DNA of 64,000 nt, from the NCBI GenBank assembly GCA_964187785.1, contig OZ076409.1:17920001-17984000 (forward strand), read 5' to 3'. This DNA is from Amphiscolops sp. MND2022 (lineage: Eukaryota). Below the pieces are notes generated by a model. The model saw nothing but the letters and a program-made list of their open reading frames with translations, searched no databases and had not been told where the DNA came from. Both the position numbers and the translations under genes were made by a program. Shown piece by piece: positions 39,901 through 52,500 of this stretch (positions within the stretch are counted from its first letter, which is position 1; each line of letters opens with the position of its first letter).

Positions 39901-42345
39901 GCTGCAGCCAAATTGGATAGTGCGCACCAAACAGACAGTCGAGCTGTTTATTGAACTCTCAACCTCAATGAATTTGGGTATGTTGTGATTACCCAAAAGA
40001 GTTCTCTGCAAATTTGACGGAAAATTCGGTGCTTAAGCTACTTGATACTACGGAATAACACCAAATAGAGGCACCAGAGTGTTCACAAAGGTTTCACACT
40101 CGGGCAATCCGGTCAAAATATTATCAATAGGAGGTTGCTCCTCTCAAAATCTCGTGATTTTGGCTAGATCGGAATCCTCAGGGTCTCTTTTGGATATCAA
40201 AAATCCTGTTCAGGCTCACAGCGTAACGTCTAGAGGTTTTCTTTTTGGAAACATCCAGTCCAGAATGCGTCGCAAGTAATTGAAATTGCTGAATTGGGTT
40301 TTTTAGGGGTCAAATTTCAAAGTTTCAGAGGAGTCCAAAATTCATGACCCTGCCGACAATTTTTTTGAACCGTGGGATTTGCCCCGTTTGCACCCAGGAA
40401 GGCCTACTAGGTCCCTTCGGTTAGAAAATGAAGGCTTTTGGTCTCTGCCTTTCGTATAGTGGGAGTACTGAGGTTTTGTGTTTTCGTTTTTTTGACGGTT
40501 TTTCGGAATTTTGGCCAAAATGCGTGTCTGGGCACAGTCAAAAGCCGTTTTATCAGGCGTACTGGGTGGAAAAATGCACAGCACGTTGTTTCAGTTACAC
40601 AAGTTGGAAAAAGGACTTCCCGAGGCTGATAATTACTTCCAGCTACAAGCTACAGAGTTTTGTAACGATTTTTGAAATTTTCGTAATTTTTGGAAAAATA
40701 CTCAAGCGGCTCGTACCAAGACTGGAAACGTAAGATTTGGCTCAAAATTAGCCACGCGGCACCACGTGTTGCCAAGTACACTGTGACAAGCACCAATTGA
40801 GGCTCAGATTGTTGAATGAGCTGCAGATGCTGTACAGGCTCTCCGTATCACCGTATCTCAATTGACTCGATTTTTCACGTGCAACCAAAGACACTTGTCC
40901 ACAGTGATGAGCCCGCAAGCTCACTTTTTCAGCAACAGTGCACCAAATGACACTGACAACAATAGTTCAGAGCAAAGTAGTCCCAACGTTTCGATGAGGT
41001 GCGGCGACTACTCCCAAAATTGGTCCAACTCGTTAAAATACGCAGGATATCCCAACTGTAAGTAGCAAAATGCTATGTTCCAGCAAAGCAGCACACTCGA
41101 TATTGTCCACAATTCGCACGTACAGCGATGAATTTACGAATTGGAGTTCAGACAAGGGGGTTTCCACAAGTTTCCAACACGTAAAACTGGGTTTTGTCCC
41201 ACTTTCCAAGTTTCGTCTTGGTGAGGACTTAAGTCAGAATAACGATATGCACGTCTCAAATGGGTCGAAATCACATCTAGGGGTCGTAGCGAGTTCAAAT
41301 TCACTCAAGCAGTTGTTATCAATCCACAAGCCCCGAAAATGAGTTTGGTTTGCAGCTAAACTTCCGCTGAGACAAAGACGAGACTTTTACAACAATTTTG
41401 AAATTTCTCGGAGAGTACAAAAAATATATAAGTGGCTCTAATTCGTCACTGAAGCGTCGGATCTGGCTCAAAATTGGTCAGATAATCCTACACACACGTA
41501 GGTACACGGAATTGAGCACCGATTTGGGCTCAAAAGCTTATGTATGATTTCCCCTTGGTACAGACGTGCGGTACACCTATGTCTCAGTAAAAGTCAAAAT
41601 GCACGCATATTATACAATTTCTAAGCAGTGGTATGAGTTAGCGGTTCGGTATTCTCTGTAACAATGCACCAACTAGCACAAGTTACGATGGTGGGCTGCA
41701 ATTTGTCCCCACTTTTCCGCTAAGGTGTTCAGGCACTTCAAAAAAATTTCGAAAAAATTGCCTTTTTGCACCTCTTTTTGAGCAGTACGTTTTCGTCAAT
41801 TTCTCAACAAATACTGCACCGATTGGCACGAAACTTAGTAGGCGCTGTCAGTGGGCACCCACAATGCTGGTTCAATAGTCCAATGAAAGCTCGCGAGCTT
41901 TCCTACGGTTTCGACTGAGTACAGACACTATTTCAGCAAAAACAGTCTTTTTTGACACTTTTTTTTACAAATTGGCTAAGAGGGTCGACACTACAAATGT
42001 TACGGCAGGCAAAATAGGGTCAACGTGTTGCCCTACTAGCCACAGCACTGCCACAAGCCCTCAATTAGCCGTGCCCGTTAGGTATGAGGCACTGTCGGTC
42101 CTACAGTTTTGGAAATTTTCGGCTAATTTAGCTCGTTCTGATGTCAAAACGTCAGAGAGCTTTTCTCGACTTTGGTTAGCGCTAGGCTCACCAAATTTTT
42201 GGTACTAGTACTATTTGTGGTGGTGGTGGTGGTAACGAAAATGCACCCAGTTTTTAGCTAGAGTTCGGGAATCAATGACCTGACCCTAGCAATTGGACAG
42301 TCCGGTTTTGTGGAAATTTGGTCAAATTCAGTGCGTTTTTCCACT

Positions 42346-42706
42346 TTTCTCAGCACTGAAAAGGAATTTTTGACGCGATTTTCACCCTCACACGTTATTT
42401 TTCTATTAAAAACAGAAAATGAGAGCTCGGAAGCTCCTAGCTAACAAAAAGACGGAGTGCCCAGGGGGTTTTAATTGTGTACTCAGACACTCCTGAAACT
42501 GACTAAAAATCAAGGTTTTTCAACGTTTCTCAGCACTGAAAAGGAATTTTTGCACGCGGTTTTCACCACTATGCGTTATTTTTATAGTAAAAACAGAAAA
42601 TGAGAGCTCGGAAGCTCCTAGTTAACAAAATGACGGAGTGCCCAGGGGGTTTTAATTGTGTACTCAGACACTCCTGAAACTGACTAAAAATCAAGGTTTT
42701 TCAACT
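42346..42706. repeat. About 180-bp tandem repeat (2 units) in the leader of the non-autonomous element
   Basis: tttctcagcactgaaaaggaattttt...caaggtttttcaac starts at 42346 and again at 42526. Confidence 0.9.
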
Positions 42707-43787
42707 TTTTCTGTTACGAAAACGAAAAAAAACTACTCAAACGTTGATTTCTGTGCCGTGGAAGGTGCCCCAAGCTTTTAGCAGCACGGAAGAGGCGATT
42801 GCAGTGCTATCCAGCATTCTTCCGGTACCATTTCATAGTTGTTTTTTGTCAATTTCGCCAAAAATCGGGTTTTTTCATACAAAATGCGTCCAAAAAGGGA
42901 CTCCAACGCCTTTTCCGAAGGACAATACATTATGTAGCAGTACCCTAGAGGTTTTGGGCTACTTCCCATACATTTTTGCAACTCTTGTGACTAATACCCA
43001 GACCGCTCGCGCTCGTACCAAGAAAAACATTCAAAAATGCCAAAAATGACGTTTTTGCTACTTTTGCACCCAAAATCGGACTTTTCCCACTGAAAACGGC
43101 TGCAAAAGCACACACTAAGTTGCAACAAGGCAAAATTAGCATGAGCAAACGATTCCCTTTCAAAGAATACACAATCGAAAACTTTTTTCATACCATACTC
43201 CGAAAAATTGATACTTCTGGAATGAGGGCTGGTATATTCGCCGTCTTTTTTCTCAACACCCAGACCAGCTAGAGAGAAACAGTTTGGATTGTCGGCAACA
43301 TCAGCACTTGTTATACTTTTTCACCAAATCCCATCCTTCTCTGACGTCTGTAGCAGAAATGAGAAAGGAGAGTCGGAAACACTCGTTTCAGCTCATCTAT
43401 CAGTCGGATGGAACATGGTTCAACCATCAATTTCACCTCTTGTACATAAGCGCAAATCACTGAAAACAGCTCGAAAAACCTGTTAAACACCAGCAGCGAC
43501 GTGCTACTGTCCACTACGCTTCTAAAAAGAGGACCCGCTGATGGGAACCTTGCAATTTTAGACGATACCCGTCAACAATTACCGTTTACTAATATACCAG
43601 CGGTACTTGGGTAAGTCACCTGAAAAACGGACAGAAAACCTGCCACAGTAAACCTGTCAATACATCAAACTTTAAAAATGAAGGAAAGCTCTGCGTAAAC
43701 ATCTCCAACCAGAGCCAGGTCGTACTTGGCGTCAATCACCAGAGGGTCGGCTCTTTTAAAACCATTAAGGGAAGCACTTCGAAGCGA

Positions 43788-43804
43788 TCCCTCTGTGGTC
43801 GCCA
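43788..43804 (-). promoter_or_regulatory. Primer binding site, tRNA-Arg(UCG)-like
   Basis: Plus strand tccctctgtggtcgcca resembles the 3' end of animal tRNA-Arg(UCG) as recalled (...TCCCTTCGTGGTCG-CCA). Confidence 0.65.
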
Positions 43805-43820
43805 AAAAATGATGTCTCTT

Positions 43821-44595
43821 TGTAACGACAAGCTCTCACCATTGTCGCCGTAACCATAAGAGTTAGAGGAACACATGATATGGGCATTTGCCCGGGACAT
43901 GCGCCCATGACCATGAGCTCATTTTGTCTCTTTCGGGTAAAAACTGTCCCGTCAGAGGAGGATTCCGCTTCTTGTGAAGTGCTCGCCGGCCTGATCCAGT
44001 CTGTAATTGCTGTCAGTAACGTGAATTACGCTTTGGCTTCGAAACTACCGCTTAGACAGCCTTCAAAAACGTTCCAAAAGGAAATTATGTTAAATTTTTG
44101 TTATTCAGGGTGACTTGGGGACCAATATCTAAAATTACGAAATAAGATCTAAAATTGTCAAAGTAGCCATAAACTTACAACAATGTACAGTAATCTCGTC
44201 CACAACGGCGATTTGGCAACATCCACATTCAGCTCACAAGCTGGGGCACCACAGGCACAAATTTGTGAAATAGACGAAAAGACTCATTTTTACGGTTCTC
44301 GCTACTTAAGGTAGCATACTGCTGAAATCAAGGTTAGCACCTTCAAAAGAGTCTAATTTCAGAGGTTTTTGCAGTCTCTGGCGTCTGTTCGGGAGGCTGG
44401 CCTTATGTTTTTTCTCGATCTTTGCTCTTTGTTGTCGATGTACCTGCCAATTTCGTTGAAACAGCGAAAAGAGCAATCACATGCTCAGTGCCACGTCAAA
44501 CATCGAATTAGAATTTTTGACAAAATTTCTGAACATGTCACAATTCCAAAATTCCAATATCGACTGATTTTGCTGTCTCAGAGGGTGCCTTTACA
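43821..44595 (-). repeat. 5' LTR of the non-autonomous element (may extend about 11 bp further left)
   Basis: Direct repeat of 36592-37342 with two small insertions near 44500-44550. Confidence 0.88.
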
Positions 44596-44925
44596 TTTGT
44601 CATTCGTAAATTGTTGATAGAATAACTTTTTATCACTTTCCTTCCATATTTTCAGTGAACGTCTTTGAGTCAAACTCGGTTGTCGAGGGCGAAGTCGCGA
44701 ATAGAAAATAGGCTCCTTCTTCGTCTTTTAGGTGTAATTAAAGGTTTTAAGTCATAAGTACTTTTGACTACAATTTCGTATCATCCAAAATTATTTATAT
44801 TTACTGTTTTTGCGCTCGATTAGGCTCTACAGAAAATATGATACTGTAGAATGCATAACTTTTCTATGTGATACTCTGTATATGTATAAAATAATGATCA
44901 AGTTTCATGTACTGAATAACTGACG

Positions 44926-47900
44926 ATGGTTATCACGAGACATAACAGCCGTTCAACATCACAAGTAACAGTTTTAGATGATGTCTGTGTGCATTGTTCT
45001 CAAACTTTTGATCCCAATGCACTGGACGGCTCCATAAAAGGTGACAAAAGCGATAACTGGGCGCATTCAAGTTCCAAAACATCCCTCCGGAGATGCTCAA
45101 ACTCATGGAAATATATTGTTGTTTATGGTTGTAGTGGCTGCTCATCGAAGGTCAATAAATGGATCAAAACACCATCCGATTTGGTTGGATTCAAGGAACA
45201 ATTTGAGAAACAACTTTGTTATACAGAGCCAATCCTCGCTACATTTCAAGATAAGTCAATTGTTATATCCTCTGATTCCCCTACTTGAAAAACTAAAATT
45301 AAAGATGAAAATTGTCCCAACTGAATGAAATTTTCAAGAATCAAAGAACTGGTACCGGAAAATGGCAAACTTTAGTCAACTGATATTGTTGAACATGGAA
45401 GAAAAGAAATTGAAACAATTTTTACACAGTTAGGAGTAGACATGTCATGTGTAACAATTGTTCAGAGACTGAATAAAAGAAAGAATGACAACGCAAGACG
45501 ATGTCTTTTATTGGTTGGCTCGAATAACAGGTTGAGTGTTTGAAAATTACTAGTTCATGCACCCACTACGATGTAATTTTCCTAACAGAAACTTGGCTAC
45601 ATGAAAATATTCTGGACGGAGAACTCTTGTTACCTAACTAATCGTTGTTTAGATCTGAGAGGTATACAATGGGAAACATATCGCCACATGACGGTGTTGG
45701 AATAGCAACTAATCGACAATCAACTAAAAGAGGGTAATCTTTGATGGCAACATCAATGGTATCTACGTCAGCTGCCAAATTTACATCAATACAAGAAACC
45801 TACTCCTCGCTTGATTTTATAATCCAGATAAAAAGAGCCCGTATCATACTGATAATAGTGGAGTTGGAATACTATTAAAACTGTACACAACGTTTCCGCT
45901 CTTATGATTCAGTTGTCATATGTGGAGATTTCAATCTTCTCAAAAGAGACTGAACTGATTTTTCCAAGGATATTGAATCTATTCAACAAATCCTCGATGT
46001 CATCATTGAAAACGAGCTTATCTTGCTGAGTAAGATCTTGAACACGTTGTCGTGCCATAAAAGTGATGAATATTGCAACTGCCTGTCTAATCTTGATGGA
46101 ATAGACTGTAAAATAAAACCCTTGAAAACAGTGGAACATAATCGTCCTGTAAAACACCCTGGACAACTTTACACCTTTAGTAGAGGAATGAAGAGATATG
46201 CAGGAGCAACATCTACGTACTGGTTGTTGAATGGTAAACCTGGTTTTATGGCTTGATGGATTTTGCTTGACTTAAACGAACCAGCTACAGAGCAAATCTT
46301 CTTACCATGGGTAAAACACTAACAATCCAACTTGACTTGATCAGAAGAGTTCAAACAGTACAAAAGGAACAGTCCAAAAGTTTTCAAAAACCTTCAGAAT
46401 TTCAGTCTTAGTTAACAACTCATCTGGAAAATGACATACTGGAATATGAATCGATTCTTTCTAGTTTCCGTTCAACTGATGGACTGTTCAAGTTCTACAG
46501 GTCGTTCAAGAGTGTAATAACACCAAAACGACTCTTTTACAAAACTTAAACAGCTTCTAATGCAAAAGCCCAGACCCAACTGTTTTCTAAATTCTTTTTC
46601 TCAATATTCACAAAACCTTCTCGATTTAAACAAAACTACGAACAGCTATTATTGCTAATAATTGAGGACATTGATACATCTGTTGAAACTATAATAACAA
46701 TTTGTGCATCAGTCTTGAGCAAATCCCTCAGCAACCTTTTTCATAAAATCGAGCAGCAATATGGAAAAGATTTCGCATCAGTCCTACGTACAGGAAGGTA
46801 AAAAGCCGAAATCCATAGTTAACGTCAAATATACCTGCTGGTGATTATCTCCAATGTCTTTGAAGAATGCCTCTCAATTGATCTACACAAGTACCTGACA
46901 TCAATTGTTAGTCCTGCTCAGTTTGGATTCAGCGAAGTGAGGTCATCCAAACTCCAACTCGGTCGATTTTTTGAAAAATTCACAATTCTCCGAATTGTAG
47001 AGAGGATGTTGATATTATATATACAAACTATGAAAAAACATTTGATAACGTCGATCATGATACTGTACCTACGAAACTTTTCCGTTATTATATTCGTGGC
47101 AGGCTACTAAAACTTCTACATACAATCTTCTCTCACTGATTGCAAACAATGCGTGAAAGGTGATGATCAAATATCTTACAGTGTTCTCACAGTGTGGATG
47201 TCAGTACTGGAGTGCCGCAGGACTCCATACTCTCTTCAGTTTGCTATTTCTGATTGATGTGAACGACTTGCCAGAAATTTGTCTAACAATTCAGCCCATC
47301 TTGTGTGCAGACGATATCAAAGACATTTCAATAAACAACTGTAACCTACCGACACACTTTAATCTTAGCGGAATCGATAAATGGGATAAAAACAATCTGT
47401 CCAAGACCCCGACAAATGTCTAAATCAAAACTTCGATTCAACTGCCAAACTTTCATTCTTTTCAAATGACAAAATCAAACCAGAAGAGCAACAAAAAGAC
47501 TTAAGCATCATTATCACCGTAAGATTCAATTGGAATGCTCACATAGACTATGTAGCTGGGAAAGCATTGAAAGTTTTGTACCTTGTCAAGCGCAACTCAA
47601 CTACGTCATCCAATATAATCAAATTAAATCAATTACTTTACCCATTCTTACATTTGGATCTAATTGCTGCGAATGTGGAAGATTGCTGTATTTTGGAAAG
47701 TATTCAAAAAAGTCCTACATAGGTTATTGGGCCAATTGGTTACACTTCAACTAAAAGATTCCAACGTCCTAACCATATCACTAAACAAACTCTGTATCAT
47801 CTATTTCTATCCAAAATCATCAGTGGTCATATGACATCAACGTTAATGTTCATCTTCGCTTGAAGGAAATGATCCAAACAACGAGGTCTTCAGAAAAATT
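44926..47900 (+). mobile_element. Decayed CR1-like LINE with PHD-finger-like ORF1, APE endonuclease and RT remnants
   Basis: ORF1 remnant CVHC...W-H...CSGC. Endonuclease motif DVIFLTETWL at about 45570-45600. RT motifs QFGF, TGVPQDSIL, FLIDVNDLP and ADDIK. Confidence 0.8.
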
Positions 47901-47924
47901 CACTTTCAATCTCTCGTGGCTGAG

Positions 47925-48020
47925 CAATTCAACAAATAAACACGGGTTGTGGATGTCAGTAGTGATGTGCCGCAGGACTCCATACTCCATACTTGGTATT
48001 TGTTATTTCTAATTGTTATG
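47925..48020 (+). mobile_element. Second LINE RT fragment (similar to about 47190-47260), the insertion target of giant gypsy copy 2
   Basis: tgtggatgtcagta...gtgccgcaggactccatactc is shared with 47193-47231 and ends at the LTR start. Confidence 0.65.
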
Positions 48021-48433
48021 TGTGATGCCATGATGCATGTCCTCAAAGATTCTATAAATCTGAAATCCTCTGAACTCCTAACCAAAGTAATTAGTAAATG
48101 TAATCTCATTTGAAAGCTAATTATTCTAGAAGAAACTTCACTTAATATATCCTGTAACAATCTTCTTAGATTCATCCTGTTGCTGTCACAATATTAATTG
48201 ATGAAACCTACCCTAGTTAATAGAATATATCTACTCGGAGAAATTGAGAATTCATCCTGACGATCAGTCTTCTCTCCAGCACTTCAAGAACTGAGATCTC
48301 AGAAATAGATTGTACTTAGAACTAGCTAGCTACAAGGTATAAAGTAAGACGACCATGCTGTTAAAATCATAGACTTCTTATGTCAGTAATAAAACATCTA
48401 AAAGAAATAACACACACGCTTTTTTACAGCTCA
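48021..48433 (+). repeat. 5' LTR of giant gypsy copy 2
   Basis: TGTGATGCC...ACAGCTCA followed by AT and the PBS TGGTGCGACC. AATAAA at 48388. Clearly diverged internally from the copy 1 LTRs. Confidence 0.9.
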
Positions 48434-48435
48434 AT

Positions 48436-48453
48436 TGGTGCGACCAAGAAAAT
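48436..48453 (+). promoter_or_regulatory. Primer binding site of copy 2
   Basis: TGGTGCGACCAAGAAAAT, identical to copy 1. Confidence 0.8.
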
Positions 48454-48606
48454 TCTTCTTTCTCTCCCATTCATTTCACAACTCTACAATTGTTGTACAC
48501 CTTTTTTCGACTTTCTCAGTCGATATCTCTTTGTTCGACAGACAGTTTCTCCACCTCTCAATATCGCCTACCGTTATTAACTTCCACTTTGCAACCAATT
48601 TCTATT

Positions 48607-48735
48607 CGTAATTCCTTCCACGTAATTCCTCCTATCAGTTACATTTCTTGGTTCTGACTGCGTTTCTCAACGTAATTCCTGTCAGTCATATTTCTTGGTT
48701 CTGACTACGTTTCTTAGCGTAATTCCTGTCAGTAA
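48607..48735 (+). repeat. Leader tandem repeats (about 46-47-bp unit containing CGTAATTCCT)
   Basis: CGTAATTCCT occurs four times and TTTCTTGGTTCTGACT twice. A related array lies at about 25424-25510 in copy 1. Confidence 0.75.
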
Positions 48736-49331
48736 AATTTTTCGTTCCAACCACCTTTAAGTGAATTCGTGTTGGTTTTCTCTTTTTCTTCCGTTCCAAC
48801 CGCAGACGTGCGATACGTGTTGGCTATCTACAGGGCTATCCAGCGATTCCTGCTAGTAAAAATTCTTTGGTTCTAGCCGCTTGGATCAACTTTAAAGTTG
48901 GCACACCTATATAACATATATTTCTTACATAATCTCATTATAACACTTCTTTTTCTCTCTCTCTCTCCTATAGTACAAACATCATACAAAACTCTTTCAA
49001 AACTAGTTTACGGATCCAAATACATAACAATTATAATATATAACAAATATATGATTCAAATACATAACAGTTATATTATATAACAAATATATCAAATATT
49101 TCTTCATCTAACTTTCATTTTTTCATACATTTATATAACACATTTTCATACAACCTCTTTGACATACTCTTAAAAGGACTTTATTGTACATGTCGCCTTC
49201 AGTAGACACTGTAGTTAAACTCATTGTCTGCTTTTGGTTCTTTGTTGCTATAGTTGCCGGTCTTGCACTTTTTCTTGACAAATTCCTAATTTCCTTCATA
49301 CCAAAACTTTAAAGTACAACTTTTTCCTTCC

Positions 49332-49565
49332 ATGTTAACAAGTATAGTACTACCTCTTTTTGGACTGCTTAGTATTTACCACACCTTTTATACACTTATC
49401 CAATATATACAAAATCCATTTCTTCTTTTCATAAGTATAGTACTTACAATTTTCCTACAAGTTGTATTCATAGACCAAATCTTACCATATAATTCACAAT
49501 TCAATACAAAATATCTTCTTTTCCAATACATCTATCCTTTATTGCAAACTTATTATACTAACTAA
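49332..49565 (+). CDS. 77-aa hydrophobic upstream ORF (intact)
   Basis: Counterpart of 24637-24870 with the same start and stop and mostly conservative substitutions. Confidence 0.55.
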   Translation: MLTSIVLPLFGLLSIYHTFYTLIQYIQNPFLLFISIVLTIFLQVVFIDQILPYNSQFNTKYLLFQYIYPLLQTYYTN

Positions 49566-49580
49566 ACTTTACACCATATA

Positions 49581-52500
49581 ATGCTTCCTACTCCATTTAC
49601 ATTAACTACAGAAAAAAGACAAAATCGATCTCTCATACAAGATGTAACACCTTTTCTAAACAACATCATCTTTCAGTACACAAATCCACTTCCATTCGAA
49701 ACTGAACCCCATACAGTACATACTATTCCATTGGCACGAGAACATTGTGATTCTTATCTTTGTTACATTCGATATAAAACACTAGAAATAACATCATCAC
49801 AAACCCCTTTTCAAATTATTTTTAACCCAGTTAAAGGAATAAGTTCTGGTACATTTTATAGAGCCATTCACCCACAAAATATTACACTTTCTATACAAGA
49901 TGTTTTCAATACATACATGCTAAAATTTATTGAATTCAACGAAAACCAAGATACACCACTTTATCGTTCCTCTCACTTAGAAGAACTAAAACACAAATCT
50001 GAATTTTTCGAGGTCCCTGAACTTGACACAAGAATTCAAAGACATGATAATCCTCATTACTGGCTACAACAAGATATCTTACAGATAAAAAACTTTCAAT
50101 ACAGATTCTTCAATAACATTATTCTTACGGATGACACTATTCCCCAAGTCAAAATTTTTACCCATTTCCTATTAAAATTTTTCAAATTTAACTATCAACT
50201 ACTCTGGGAACAAAAAGATCAACAAGCCTACATTAACTTCCTCAAATATTAACACCTACAGAACTCTTACCATACATCATAGAGAATGAACATAAACATT
50301 TACAATACAGAGATCTTACATCACTTAATATTGCACATTTTGAACAAATAAACTTAGACCACAACTTTTAGTTGAAAATTCTGAAACATCAGATAACCGA
50401 CCTTTTACTACATCTGATACTTCTTTCGAAACAACTCCTGAAGCACAAACTTCAAATGTTGAACTTTTATACACTAGACAACATTCAGAACAATCTGAAC
50501 AAGAAGACTATCACTTTTCAAAATACAGAACCTCATCAAGAAGACCCACCATATCCACCATTATCACAAATATCCAATATACAACAAATGAATCCCTCTG
50601 AAACAGCTACAATTCAAAATACATCAGAATTTTCAGAAGAAACTGTACACAATACACAAAGTTTTACAATAACTGACGACACAAATCTTATACAAATTCC
50701 TACCCACACTATCACACAAAATGAATTTAATAACCAAAACCAAGACAACACTTTAAATACAAATCACGAAAATACCTTTTTTTTATCTACCACCCATACT
50801 AATATTACACAACCCTCTCAGACACAAGTATCACCTCGTCGAAATTATGATCCACCTTCTATTCCATCTCAATTCTCAACTCAGACTCATACCCATAATT
50901 CTCCTCAACAAAGCTCTTCAAAACAACATATTCCACAAAACACTAATACTGTACATTTTCAAACACCAACCCCACCATCACCTTCTGAAACACAAACTTC
51001 AACTTATACTCCAGCTCAAACTAACCCAGTACAAACTACACAACCTACCTTAAACATTAATACCATTCATTCCAACCCATCCTTTAATTACACCACTGCC
51101 AGAAAACTTTCTCGACCTCCATTACAAACTATATTAACTAATCCATTATCGTACAATCTTACAAGTACTAATCTAAGTAATACACGACCATCTCAGATAA
51201 CATACAACAGATCCAATTCATTAAATACTCTCTCTTCTCAACATACGTCTAATACAATCACACCTACACTGCAAACTTCTCAATTCCAAATACAAAATCC
51301 TCCTAAAACAACAATTAGAACCAACCCTCACTTCCACAACACCTCTACTACTTCCTTAACTAATATTTCAAATAATCCCACTAATAATACAGCACCACCA
51401 TCTACCATATCTCATAATACTATGTCACACTCAACATATATTAACTCTTCTACTTCTATATCAGAACCCATTAAACCTTTTGATGGACTAGATCATAATT
51501 ATACACCTGAAGAATATTTACAACATATTGAGGCACGTGTCACATTTTCCTTAGGTTTACAACCTACATCAGAACATGAATATAAAATTTGGCACGCTCC
51601 TCGCATGGCCTTCATACAATGCTCTTTAACAGGTACAGCACTTAGTTGGTACATTCGTTTAAATGACACCTATAAACACGATTGGCACGCTTTTGTACAA
51701 GCTTTCAAAAAACAATTTTCCTTACAAAGAATGCTCATTATGCTCAAGTTGAAGCCCTTAATTTAACCAAGAAAGATAATGAAACAGTACGTCATTTTGC
51801 ACTCAAAGTTCAACAGCTGGTTGAAAAAGGCTGGTGTAATGAGAATGCATCCACTATCAACCTTAAATGTAATGAAATCTTTACAAAAGGACTTCCAAAA
51901 AATCTTAAAGACTTTGCAAACAAAATACAAGTGTAACACACTTCCACAGTTTTAGAACCTTCGATTCCTTTTCATAGATTAGTAAAACTTGTTGACGCTG
52001 AAGATATTGCAAACGACAAAATCAGAACACATGATCTTGCACTTGAAATTAATAGTTTTACAAAACAATTGAACACTCAAACTCTTGACCCTTCATCTCA
52101 AGAACAACTTATGTTTACACAACCCAAAGATCCAAATAACAAAAATAAACCTGCATATAAGAAATATTGCTCATACTGTCATAGAACAAATCATTCATTT
52201 CTGCTTGTTTCAAAAAACAACGAGATGATGAAGACAAACGAGAAGCATATGCTCGATCTAAATCTCCACAAAAATCTTTTGTACAACACTTCCGTTCTCC
52301 CTCCAATGATAACACTATGATAATCGATACCGAAGTCGAAGTACCACACGAGACAACTCTTACAATAAAACTTATTCACAAAATCGATACCGTTCTACAT
52401 CTAGAGATAGAGATAGATTTAGTTATGACAAAAGTACTACTCCTCCATACTACTCTAGATCACGATATGATACATACAAACGTGATTCCCGGTCCTACCG

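Larger units (their letters stand above)
36592..44595 (-). mobile_element. Non-autonomous LTR element of about 8 kb (no pol detected, superfamily uncertain)
   Basis: Highly similar direct repeats of about 750-775 bp with TGT...ACA ends. PBS TGGCGACCACAGAGGGA after the right repeat and PPT CCGGGGAGTA before the left repeat, both on the minus strand. Confidence 0.85.

Noticed and set aside
48607..48735. Regularly spaced short repeats, superficially CRISPR-like
   Set aside because: The spacers are themselves repeated, there are no cas genes, and the context is a eukaryotic retroelement leader.
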